From Halorussus marinus (GTDB lineage: Archaea > Halobacteriota > Halobacteria > Halobacteriales > Haladaptataceae), in NCBI RefSeq assembly GCF_004765795.1, contig NZ_SBIV01000011.1, positions 1 to 64,000 of the forward strand: 64,000 nucleotides of DNA. Reading direction: 5' to 3'. The first letter of the stretch is position 1, and every line of letters begins with the position of its first letter. The notes under the pieces are model-generated. The model had not been told where the DNA came from, searched no databases, and saw nothing but the letters and a program-made list of their open reading frames with translations. This document shows, piece after piece, positions 52,206 through 61,932 of the stretch. Both the position numbers and the translations under genes were made by a program.

Positions 52206-54326
52206 ATGCCCAAGACTGAATTTGAAGCAACGGTCGAGTTCGATGACGGCAGCACCGCCGATCTGGAGATGGCTGCCGACAAATCATGGGACAGTTTCCT
52301 GAACTACTTCGGTGACGCCCAGCACGTTTACTGCGTCACGTACAGTCAGTCCCCCGCGTTCATCTACAAGATGTTTCAGAACCAGGACCTTGCAGTGGAT
52401 TCACTGGAGGTCATCGTCGGGGACAACCAGCACGACGACTACCGGCGGTCGCTGAAAAACACGAACAACGCGAAGAAAATCGCCGCGCAACTGGAATCTC
52501 TGCGCCAAGACGGTGATCTCCTCATTCACACCGTCGATTCCGCGCGCGTCCTCCTCCACACGAAGCTCTACATCGTCGAGAACCAGGACGGGTCTCGCAC
52601 ACTCATCTGTGGGTCGGCGAACCTCTCCAAGCAGGCCTGGCAGGGGAGCAAACAGACCAACGTCAACATGGCCTGGCGTACCGACGGAGATACGCCCGTC
52701 GACGAGTGGTTCGAACGGCTCTACGCGTTCCACAAGGACTACGCGACGCCGTTCATGGAAGACCTCACAGAGGAGATCGAGGACGCCGACACGGCAGAAG
52801 AAGAGGCGAAGATCTACGACATCTGGCTAGGCGGCGACGAGTTCAGTGACGACCCGGTCGCCGAGCTGAACGCCCGGCTCGATGAAGCAGTTGACGACGA
52901 CCAAGTCAATACGTACAACGTCGTCACTGACGCCGAAGACGCAGAGAAGGCGGTGTTCGCCGCTGAAGATACGGATACCGACCCGACAGAGATCAGTCCG
53001 GACAAGCGTGTGCGGCTCTCCCCGCAAGGTCTCGAAGACGCCATCTCGAATCTGGACGACACGCTGTCGGCCAATAACATCCGTATCAACGACGGGGAAA
53101 TCGTAGCGACACCAGCCGGGATCGCACGGTACAAAGAGACCTTCACGGGATACCCGGACCTCAACGTCGACAAGGAGGCAAACACGGTCGGGCTCCGGGT
53201 TGACGACTCCGTCCTCGAATTAACGGCACCGCTCCCGGATGACCCGCAGGAAGTCGCTGACGCGCTCGACCTGATCGAACAGTACGTCGAAACGGTCGGC
53301 GAGTTCGGCGAAACGCGAACGACGAAGGAGACGCGCGCGCACTTCTACGAAGGGGTAATCTACTTCTGCTGGGCTCCGTTCGCCAACTACTGCGCCCACC
53401 ACTACGCCGAATACGAATCCGCGGAACTGGACAAGGACCTGCCGTTCCTGTTCCTTCACGGCGACAACGACAGCGGGAAAGGCATGTTCCTACGGTTCGG
53501 GGCGCGACTCATCTCGAACGGGTACGTACAGGAGGTCACGACCGGCGACGACTTTGTCAAAAACAACATCGAGCGTGCTCGTGCATCGGACACTGTTTTC
53601 CCGTACATCGTTGACGACGTGGCGAAGTCGAAGATCGACCGAGACATCATCAAGTCGTACTGGGAGGGGAAGTGGGACGGCTCTATCCAGATGCCGACGT
53701 TCATCTTCTCCTCGAACGACTCGACGAAACCCAAATCCGAACTCCGGACCCGCATGAAGACGCTGGACTTCAACGTCAACTTCTCCGAACTGGAGAAGGA
53801 CGAACGGGAAGCCGCCGCGCAGATCGCGGGGGAAGCGGACAGCTGTAACCTGTTCCCGTGGTTCGCCCACCTGTTCCTGCAACGGGATATCTCGCTGCCA
53901 GACCAGGCAGACCGGCTCGCGGATGCTCGGGATGTGTTCGCGGAGCTGTACGCGTATGCCGAAAAGGAACCACCAGAGTATGTGCCACTGGAGAAACCCG
54001 CCGAGCAAGAACACGACCCGGGGCGTCGAAAATGGATCAGCGCGCTGTCCGACGGGCTGTGTGAGCTCGACTTCAAGGACGACGGGCGTGTCATCGCTGA
54101 TTTCTCAGCGAATCTGGATCAGCAGCAGTGCTGGGAGTTCCAGAAAGCCACGCCAGCCCATATCCGGGCAGGGATTTACGGGCCGGCGGTTCAGTTTGAA
54201 AGCGCAAACAGGTTCAAGAACTGGATAGATGAGCCCAGTATCATCGAAGATGCACGACGCGACACGGAGACGGCCGCTGACGACACCGGTGTTCTGTCTC
54301 GGGTCACACGGCTCGTCCGAGGATAA
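52206..54326 (+). CDS. PLD-family nuclease fused to a P-loop ATPase
   Basis: LHTKLY..GSANLS; HGDNDSGKG (Walker A), YIVDD (Walker B). Confidence 0.8.
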   Translation: MPKTEFEATVEFDDGSTADLEMAADKSWDSFLNYFGDAQHVYCVTYSQSPAFIYKMFQNQDLAVDSLEVIVGDNQHDDYRRSLKNTNNAKKIAAQLESLRQDGDLLIHTVDSARVLLHTKLYIVENQDGSRTLICGSANLSKQAWQGSKQTNVNMAWRTDGDTPVDEWFERLYAFHKDYATPFMEDLTEEIEDADTAEEEAKIYDIWLGGDEFSDDPVAELNARLDEAVDDDQVNTYNVVTDAEDAEKAVFAAEDTDTDPTEISPDKRVRLSPQGLEDAISNLDDTLSANNIRINDGEIVATPAGIARYKETFTGYPDLNVDKEANTVGLRVDDSVLELTAPLPDDPQEVADALDLIEQYVETVGEFGETRTTKETRAHFYEGVIYFCWAPFANYCAHHYAEYESAELDKDLPFLFLHGDNDSGKGMFLRFGARLISNGYVQEVTTGDDFVKNNIERARASDTVFPYIVDDVAKSKIDRDIIKSYWEGKWDGSIQMPTFIFSSNDSTKPKSELRTRMKTLDFNVNFSELEKDEREAAAQIAGEADSCNLFPWFAHLFLQRDISLPDQADRLADARDVFAELYAYAEKEPPEYVPLEKPAEQEHDPGRRKWISALSDGLCELDFKDDGRVIADFSANLDQQQCWEFQKATPAHIRAGIYGPAVQFESANRFKNWIDEPSIIEDARRDTETAADDTGVLSRVTRLVRG

Positions 54327-54331
54327 CAGTC

Positions 54332-56392
54332 ATGTCTGACCACTCACCTCACCGGCGATTCGACGGGACATTAGTCACGGCACCGTTCGGGGGCGAAAAC
54401 GTCGAACGGACAGCGCGGGACGAATACCGAGCGCTCCTCGACGAGCACGATTCTGAGGATGTGCTCGTCGTCACGGGTGCGCCGACGAGTACCGACACGT
54501 TCCGCGAGACGTTAGGTGAGGAACTGTCGGGTGCGGCGACGCCGTACGTGACCTCGCTCGTCGTGCACGCGACCGATGTCCTCAACCAGACTGATGACCG
54601 CGTCATTCTCTCCGACGCGCTGCGGCGAGAACTCCTCCACCGATTCCTCGAAGAGTACGAGTGGGACACGGAGTACCTCCAGCAGGCGTCTGAACAGCCG
54701 TCATTCATCGAGGACGTGGACGCCGTGATGAGCACGATCTCCTGGCAGACAGTCACGCCTGACGAAACCCCGGAACTCCGTGACATCACGGCTGCGCTCG
54801 ATGCATTCCACGAGTGGCTGGCCGAGCACGGCCACATGGAACGCGGGCAACTCATTTCGGAAGCGCTCGATGTCCTCACCGGGGATGCCCGCGGCGATGT
54901 CGTCGATTTCGAGGCGGTACTCGCGTTCGAGTTTGAGGAATTCTTCCCGCTCGACCGCGCGTATCTCGACGCGCTCGCAGGAGACTGTGACCTCGTCTGT
55001 ATCGCCGAAGAGAACGCGAGTGTACGCCGCACATGGGTCGAAACAGGACCCGTTACGGACTACGTCTCCTTCAGCGAATCTCGTCGCGGAGCCTCGGAGA
55101 CGTCGTCGACGCGACCGGCTGCCACAGCATCGTACTTCGCCGACGAGACGGCTCCGGCAGACCCGGAAACAGGGTCGGTGTCCGTCCTCGCTACGGACTC
55201 CAGTGACGAGCAACTCGCCGAGGTTGCCAACGAGATCGAATCCCTCGTCGGGCGGTCGGGCTGGAACTACGACGATATCGCGGTCGCCACGAAACAAAGC
55301 GGGAGTGCGGTTACGGACACTATCGAAGCGTTCGAACAAACCGGCATCCCGGCGGAATCGACGACTGTCACTGGATTCGGCGACGACCCCGCGATTCGGG
55401 AACTCCTCGCTGCCGTCCGGTATCTTGCTGCCGACGACGAGGATGAAGTGCCCGACCGCGCCCCGGAGATCGATACAGAGCGCTTAGACCGTGTCCACGA
55501 GATGGACAGCCTCGAAGATGGGCTTCGCTGGTGGGCGACTGACTCGGGATTGAAAGAGCGAATTGCGGAACGCGCGACCCCGCTGGACGCGCGGGCGCAG
55601 TTCGGGAACGTCAAGCGGGCGTTTCGGATGGCCGAGCTCCTCGAAGACACTGCGTTCGTGGATGCCACGTGGGAGTCCGTCGAGGAGATGCTCGAACGCG
55701 CCCACGAGTACGCACCGCAACAAAACCAGACGAGTGCGACGGATCTCAACGGCGGCGTCCGCGTCGATCACTTGCAAGCCATCAAGAACGAATCGTTCCG
55801 CGCGGTGTTTCTCGTGAATCTCGTCGACAGTGAGTACCCGGGTGACCCGTTCCTGACGCGGTTGTTCCCGACCGAGCGGGTCGCGGCGATGCCGGACTAC
55901 CCTGGCGTCACGGAGCTCGACGAACCGGACGTAGATGCGACGTTCCCGACGACGTCGACGGCGTCGAGCCGGCCGTTCGCCCGGTACCACACGGAACACG
56001 CGCGGCGACGCTTAGCGATTGGGGCTGATGCTGCCGACGAGCACCTGTACTGTTGTCTGTACGAATTCGAAGACACTGCGCTGGAAGAGCGTGCGCAGGC
56101 GTCGCGGTTCCTCACAGAGGCGTACGACCGCCTCCCGTGGGTCACCGACGCCGACGACCCACACATCACGAGCGAGCAAGCGGCAGAGGACTTCCTGTTG
56201 TCGCGGGTTGACGACGCGCTCGCCCAAGTGCGGCGCGCAAACAGTCAGGACCTGACGGTGTCGCTTGACGAGCTAGAAGCGGAGCTCGGCGAGATCCAGG
56301 ACCTGCTTGATCAGAGCGGAGCGCGTGGCGAGGACCTCCGGAAGGCATTGCGTGCGCGCGTCGAGTTCGCTAACGGGGAGGTGCGGCGATGA
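54332..56392 (+). CDS. Inactive UvrD-like helicase (AddB/AdnA-like motor part)
   Basis: Degenerate motifs VLAFEFEEF, DIAVAT and KNESFRAVFLVNL; no Walker A. Confidence 0.65.
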   Translation: MSDHSPHRRFDGTLVTAPFGGENVERTARDEYRALLDEHDSEDVLVVTGAPTSTDTFRETLGEELSGAATPYVTSLVVHATDVLNQTDDRVILSDALRRELLHRFLEEYEWDTEYLQQASEQPSFIEDVDAVMSTISWQTVTPDETPELRDITAALDAFHEWLAEHGHMERGQLISEALDVLTGDARGDVVDFEAVLAFEFEEFFPLDRAYLDALAGDCDLVCIAEENASVRRTWVETGPVTDYVSFSESRRGASETSSTRPAATASYFADETAPADPETGSVSVLATDSSDEQLAEVANEIESLVGRSGWNYDDIAVATKQSGSAVTDTIEAFEQTGIPAESTTVTGFGDDPAIRELLAAVRYLAADDEDEVPDRAPEIDTERLDRVHEMDSLEDGLRWWATDSGLKERIAERATPLDARAQFGNVKRAFRMAELLEDTAFVDATWESVEEMLERAHEYAPQQNQTSATDLNGGVRVDHLQAIKNESFRAVFLVNLVDSEYPGDPFLTRLFPTERVAAMPDYPGVTELDEPDVDATFPTTSTASSRPFARYHTEHARRRLAIGADAADEHLYCCLYEFEDTALEERAQASRFLTEAYDRLPWVTDADDPHITSEQAAEDFLLSRVDDALAQVRRANSQDLTVSLDELEAELGEIQDLLDQSGARGEDLRKALRARVEFANGEVRR

Positions 56393-57294
56393 GCCAGGAG
56401 TCGCTCTCACCGTCGGCGTTAGCCACGTACGCGACGTGTCCACGACTGTACGACTACAGAGAAGTTCAAGACGTGAACGCCCCGGACCGAACCGAACTCT
56501 ACCTCAACCAGGGGACGATCTACCACGAGACAATCGAGGACGTGTGTGAGGCGACCGACCGCGACGACCCACCAGAGGTGATTCACGACCGGGCCATGCG
56601 GATTTTCGATGCGAAGTGGGACGAACACAGTAGCGCCGACGACTATGAATCACGCGCACACCGGGAGTACCAGCGTGCTGAGAACCGGGCTGCTATCGAG
56701 TCGTTCTTCGCGCCCGATGGCGGCGTCGGTATCAGCCACGCCCGTCGCTCAATCGCCACCGAGTGCTGGGTAGAGTGCGAAGTAGATGGGCGAGGACTCC
56801 ACGGGAAAGCAGACAACGTCATCCGGACGGACGACGGCCTGCACATCTTCGACTACAAGCGGAAAACCCACGGGATGCTCTCCGACGGGACAGCTGAGTA
56901 TCTCGGCGAGCATCTCGACGGGGAGGCCCACGAGCCGAAGCGTGTGCGGAATGCGTTCCAGACGGCAGCGTACATCGAGGGCGTGAAGAACGAACCGTTC
57001 TACGAGGACGGGATGGAGGTCCAGTTCAGTTTCTACGGTCTCCTCAACAGCACGTCGTTCGAGAGTACCCCTACCGGGTACGATGTGTCTGCACGCGGGT
57101 GGGGTCGGGAAACGACTGAGATTTACGACGACCACTATGACACAATCTGGGCGCTCATACGGGATACACACGACGGCATCACGGGCGAGACCTTCGAGCC
57201 AGAGCCGTTCGAGCTCATCAACGAGGAGGCGTGCCCGGACTGTGACTATCGAGAGATGTGTGCTGACCGCTTGTCGACGGAGGTACGCCGATGA
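56389..57294 (+). CDS. PD-(D/E)xK Cas4/AddB-like nuclease with Fe-S cysteines
   Basis: LSPSAL..CPR, HGKAD..FDYK and CPDCDYREMC motifs. Confidence 0.85.
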   Translation: MSQESLSPSALATYATCPRLYDYREVQDVNAPDRTELYLNQGTIYHETIEDVCEATDRDDPPEVIHDRAMRIFDAKWDEHSSADDYESRAHREYQRAENRAAIESFFAPDGGVGISHARRSIATECWVECEVDGRGLHGKADNVIRTDDGLHIFDYKRKTHGMLSDGTAEYLGEHLDGEAHEPKRVRNAFQTAAYIEGVKNEPFYEDGMEVQFSFYGLLNSTSFESTPTGYDVSARGWGRETTEIYDDHYDTIWALIRDTHDGITGETFEPEPFELINEEACPDCDYREMCADRLSTEVRR

Positions 57295-60200
57295 GCGACG
57301 ACAGTGACGAGCACCCGTCGTGGTTCCCTGTCCCGGAAGAGGACGTCTCCCCGGAGCCCCAGCAGCGGACGATTATCAACTCCGACGCGTACCCGATGCG
57401 TGTGCTCGCCGGGGCAGGGACGGGGAAGACGTTCACGATGGTGCGGAAGATCGAGCACCTCATCGACGAGGAGGACGTGTCGCCGGACCGGATTCTCGCG
57501 TTGACGTTCACGAACAACGCCGCGGACTCGATGCGTGAAAAACTCAACGCGAAACTCGGCGCGGCCGGGTACGACATCGACGCGTACACGTACCACTCCA
57601 TCTGTAACGAGATCCTCACCGACTACGCGTACGAAGCTGGGATCGATCCGGATTTCGAGGTCGCCACGGACGCCGAGAAGTACGCCATCGTGCTGGACGT
57701 CCTGGACGACATCGAATACCGGTCTGTGAAACCAAACGTGTACGGGAGCGACGGGTACGCGTCAGGGGCCGCGTCGAAGCTGCTCAACTTCATCGGGTCG
57801 ATGAAGCGCAGCGGCATCACGCCCGACGACATCGACGCGTTCCTCGGCCCTGCTGACCGCGTCTACGAACTCGCCGACCTCTCGGAGCGCGTCGAAAACA
57901 TCGCCAGCGATCATCTGGGCGGCCGGTCCGTGTCAAGCGTGCTGGATTCGCTTCCAGACGCGCGTGCTGACCTTGTCGCTGAGCGCGACGCACTCGGGAC
58001 CCAGGGTATCGAAGCCAGCGTCCGCGACTTCCTCGACCGCATCATCGAGCTTTGCGACGAGTTGGAAGCAGCGTTCGAAGCCCACGAGGCGGGCGACCAA
58101 GCGTTGCCGGACAACGCGTACAAGCTCCCGAAGTATCTGCTTGGAGGGTACGCGAACGGTGCGCCGAAGGGGATTCCGGACGATCTTGACCTCGAACTCA
58201 CGGAGCATCTCGACTCGTTCCTCTCGGACTGTCTCACGGCCCGTGACCTGACAGCGGGCTATGCGGCGTATGAGCGTGAACTCGACGAGCGGAACCTCAT
58301 CGACTTCGACGGCCTCGTCGTGGAGACGGCCGCACTGATGGACTCGCCGGTCGGCGAGGAAATCGCTGACCGGTGGGACTACGTATTCTGTGACGAGTTC
58401 CAGGACACCGACCGGCTGCAGTTCGATCTCGTCACGTCGCTGGTCACCGACGACAACCTGTTCGTCGTCGGTGACGACGATCAGGCGATCTACGAGTGGC
58501 GTGGCGCGAACGTCGCCAACATCACCGACGAACTCGACCGCGCGTTCGCCGCACTTGAAGATGAACCGTTAGAAGAGAACTTCCGGTCCCGACAGCCGAT
58601 CCTCAACCTGGCGAACGAAGCAATTCAGAAGCTCGACCACCGCGAACGACACAAGACACTGAAACGCGTCAACGAACCCGCCTACGACGGCGACACCGTC
58701 GCAACCGTCGAACTGCCGGACGAGGACGATGCGGACGGCGCGACCCAGCTTCGCACCGTCGTCCAGAATCTGCTGAGCGGCGCAGCAGACAACCTCGAGG
58801 AGGCGTACAACCCGGGCGACATCGCGTTACTCGTTCGGAAGAACGACCACGCGACGCCGGTCATCGAGGAGTTCGAGGATGCCGGCATCCCGTACCAAGT
58901 TGCTGGTGATCTGGCTACGGAATCAGTCGGCGTCGGCACCGTGACTGCCTACCTGAAGGCGCTCGCGCGGCCCGAAGACGAGGTGAGTTGGAATCGCGTC
59001 CTCCTGATGCGGTACCGGCTCTGCGATGCGGACCTCCGGACGCTCAACGCGGGCGACGACCCGCTCGTGGACACACTGTGCGGGACGCCGCTCGACGAGT
59101 TCGAGGAACCCGACCGCGTCGCAGAAGCCCGCGAGCACGCCACGGAACTACTCGAACTCCGCGACTCAGCGTCGCTCAGTCACCTGTACCGCGAACTTAC
59201 GGACATCACGAACATCGAGTGGTACCTCAGCGAACAGGAACGCCGGGATCTCGCCCAACTGGAGGATGTCATCGAACAGTACGGGGATAGTGCCGTCCAA
59301 CCACCGCTCACCCCGGAGTTCATCGACTCGCTCGAACACTACGACTCCCTGTTCGACGAGAGCGGCTCGACACCGACGAGTCAGCCGGACGTCGCCGACG
59401 ACGCGGTCAACGTGATGACCATCCACAAGAGCAAGGGCCTGGACTTCCCGGTCGTCCTCATCCCGCAAGTCACGGCCGACGAGTGGGCACCGAGCTCACG
59501 TACCTACGACGCACTCGAAACGGGGCTCTCGGATGGCGCGGAGGCGGCGTTCGCCGAGGACTTCGTCGAGCGTGACGGGCGTGAAACCCGGCGCGTGTTC
59601 CACGTCGGAATCACGCGCGCCGAAGACGTCCTCGTCCTCCAGGGCGGCATCGAGGACGACGACGATGCTGCGGACGTGCACCCGGTTTCAGAGGCCGTCG
59701 ACGAGATTCTCCCAGCCCGAATCCCGTGGCAGCCAGCGCGCGGGCAGCTCCCGCTCTGGACCGACGTTCAGGAGTGTCTCCCGGATGATGCGGCAGATTG
59801 GACAGACACGCTGGCAAGCGAGACTGTCGGGCGCGTTGGAGGGACCGTCACTCACGACGGCGACGAACTCGCAGTCGAAGCTGCGCGCGACCGCGTGCTA
59901 GACCTCGCAACAGCCACCCTCAACGGAGATCTCTCACCGGGGGCCGAGCGAGAGACACTCCAAGTGACGTCGCTGAACGGCCCGTCGACACCGTCACCAT
60001 CGCTCTCGCACAGCTACACGTCGCTGGCAGCCTACGAGGAATGCCCGCGGAGCCACTACCTAGACTACGTGGTCAACGCATTCCCCGACTATCAGGATGC
60101 GACGAATGAAGCCCGGGATGGTGTTTCGCAACGTGAGATCGGGTTGCTGTTCCACGACACTGCAGAGCAAGCCGCGAACCAAGCTGTGGACCGGGGTGCG

Positions 60201-60746
60201 GAGTGGTACGAAATCTGTGAGCGCCTCGCCAGTCAACGCCGAGCCGAGGACGCGCTCCCGGCGGCGAAACAGTGTATCGACCGGTACTTCGAATTAGACT
60301 TCCCCAGCTACGAGCTGATCGATGCGGAGCGAGAGTTCGAACTCGACATCGATGGGCACGAACTCGTCGGATACATCGACGCCGTCTACCGGACGCCAGA
60401 CGATGAGTTGCTCGTCATCGACTACAAGGCCACCGAACGTCACCGCGACCTGGAGGACGACAAGCAACTCCCGATCTACCTGTTGGCATGTCGTGACCTG
60501 TACGATGAGTCCGTCGCACGTGCGGGGTACGCCTATGTCGGTGAGATAGGGCCGACGGTCGAGTCCCGAACATTCAGCGACGGTGACCTGGCGGCGGTCA
60601 GGGACGACGTGACGGCGTCGATGACCCGTATTGCCGAGTTCTCCTTCGGTCGGTACACTGCTGGTGACCACTGTCAGTGGTGTCAACACAACCAACTGGC
60701 CTGCGCGCCGGATTCGTTCACGGTCGGACCAGGATTCGAGGAGTGA
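57291..60746 (+). CDS. UvrD/AddA/AdnB-like helicase with a C-terminal PD-(D/E)xK nuclease
   Basis: AGAGTGKT, DEFQD, VGDDDQAIYEWRGA, TIHKSKGLDF and GITRA motifs; GYIDA..IDYK..QL.IY and CQWC. Confidence 0.92.
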   Translation: MSDDSDEHPSWFPVPEEDVSPEPQQRTIINSDAYPMRVLAGAGTGKTFTMVRKIEHLIDEEDVSPDRILALTFTNNAADSMREKLNAKLGAAGYDIDAYTYHSICNEILTDYAYEAGIDPDFEVATDAEKYAIVLDVLDDIEYRSVKPNVYGSDGYASGAASKLLNFIGSMKRSGITPDDIDAFLGPADRVYELADLSERVENIASDHLGGRSVSSVLDSLPDARADLVAERDALGTQGIEASVRDFLDRIIELCDELEAAFEAHEAGDQALPDNAYKLPKYLLGGYANGAPKGIPDDLDLELTEHLDSFLSDCLTARDLTAGYAAYERELDERNLIDFDGLVVETAALMDSPVGEEIADRWDYVFCDEFQDTDRLQFDLVTSLVTDDNLFVVGDDDQAIYEWRGANVANITDELDRAFAALEDEPLEENFRSRQPILNLANEAIQKLDHRERHKTLKRVNEPAYDGDTVATVELPDEDDADGATQLRTVVQNLLSGAADNLEEAYNPGDIALLVRKNDHATPVIEEFEDAGIPYQVAGDLATESVGVGTVTAYLKALARPEDEVSWNRVLLMRYRLCDADLRTLNAGDDPLVDTLCGTPLDEFEEPDRVAEAREHATELLELRDSASLSHLYRELTDITNIEWYLSEQERRDLAQLEDVIEQYGDSAVQPPLTPEFIDSLEHYDSLFDESGSTPTSQPDVADDAVNVMTIHKSKGLDFPVVLIPQVTADEWAPSSRTYDALETGLSDGAEAAFAEDFVERDGRETRRVFHVGITRAEDVLVLQGGIEDDDDAADVHPVSEAVDEILPARIPWQPARGQLPLWTDVQECLPDDAADWTDTLASETVGRVGGTVTHDGDELAVEAARDRVLDLATATLNGDLSPGAERETLQVTSLNGPSTPSPSLSHSYTSLAAYEECPRSHYLDYVVNAFPDYQDATNEARDGVSQREIGLLFHDTAEQAANQAVDRGAEWYEICERLASQRRAEDALPAAKQCIDRYFELDFPSYELIDAEREFELDIDGHELVGYIDAVYRTPDDELLVIDYKATERHRDLEDDKQLPIYLLACRDLYDESVARAGYAYVGEIGPTVESRTFSDGDLAAVRDDVTASMTRIAEFSFGRYTAGDHCQWCQHNQLACAPDSFTVGPGFEE

Positions 60747-60920
60747 CAGTCAAAACCGCGCGATTGGACTGACGGACGGTCTTCCGGTCTCTCCAGCCCT
60801 GATTCGCTTGCATATGTCGCCAGGCTTGGTTCGGGACGCTGTTCGCAGTCCGAGCAACTGTCGGGTGGACCTGGGTGACCGAGTGTTTAGGTCATTATCG
60901 CAGTAATCATTACTCAAAGT

Positions 60921-61200
60921 ATGATCGTCTACGACCGGGAGGTGGAACTCGATACCTTCACCGACGCAGTGGAGTTCCCAGGCTCGGACTTCATCTTCGT
61001 GTATGGGCGACGTTGAGTCGGGAAGACCTCGTCGAGAGCCTACGAACGAAGGCCGAGCACGTCCCCTGGGGGACCGGCTGACCGGGACGAACGGTTCGCC
61101 CGTTCTCGAAAAATAGATACGCCAACGGACTCGAAGACCACCTCGACGACTCCTGGTCCCTGTTCAGCGTACCGGACATCGACGATCCCCTCACGGCGTA
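60921..61200 (+). pseudogene. Remnant of an archaeal ATPase (ATPase_2/DUF234-like) gene
   Basis: MIVYDREVEL..VYGRR*VGKT has a stop codon in Walker A and is followed directly by frameshifted C-terminal-like sequence. Confidence 0.6.
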
Positions 61201-61539
61201 TTGAGTACTCCGGCCTCCGGTCCAGAGAGCGTCTGGTTGAGTCGTTTTGATGCGTGTCGCCTTCCAGATTCCGCACCTCCTCGGTGCTGTACTGGCATTC
61301 CAAAGGTTTCATCGAGGAAGGTAGGGATTCCCGGTGATGCGCGCGGTGTGTTGAGCGCTCCACCGTCTTTTCGCGGGTGAAGTAGTTCCCATATTGTCAC
61401 TATCGGCGATATGGTCGTGCTGTCAGTCGGACAGCCATGCCGTGAATCCGGATTCGTGCTTCTAACGCCCTGTGGCGTTAGAAATATCGAGTTCTCAGGG
61501 CGAGGGTTTTTATTTAACCATGTAATTTCCAGGTCTACG

Positions 61540-61854
61540 ATGCAACGCGTCATCGACCGGAAACTGTACGACACGGACCGAGCCGAACAGATCGCCCAGT
61601 ATGCTCCAAACGCGGATCGAGGTGACCTCTACTACCTCATCGAAACGCTATACCGGACCGCAGGCGGGGAGTACTTCCTCCACTGTGAGGGCGGTGCGGC
61701 AACCAAATACGCCAAGTCGTGTAGCGGGGGCGGTACGACAGGCGGTGCGGAAATCAACTCTCTCGATGAGGAAGCGGCGCTGGACTGGTGCGAAGAACGC
61801 GGCATTGACGGCGAGATCGTCGTCGAGGAATTCGGACACCTGATCGAAACGTAG
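61540..61854 (+). CDS. Hypothetical protein
   Basis: MQRVIDRKLYDTD..ETLYRT..YFLHCEGG, an acidic 104-aa ORF. Confidence 0.75.
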   Translation: MQRVIDRKLYDTDRAEQIAQYAPNADRGDLYYLIETLYRTAGGEYFLHCEGGAATKYAKSCSGGGTTGGAEINSLDEEAALDWCEERGIDGEIVVEEFGHLIET

Positions 61855-61932
61855 CGTCGGTCAGCGGCTGCCTCGGAAACCACTCCTCTCTGAGTGGCTG
61901 GCGTACTGCGGATCGTGCCCGCAGCGAGGTAT

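Noticed and set aside
56389..57294. Cas4 as a CRISPR adaptation gene
   Set aside because: No cas1 or cas2, and it is coupled to UvrD-like genes, so an AddB-type nuclease fits better.
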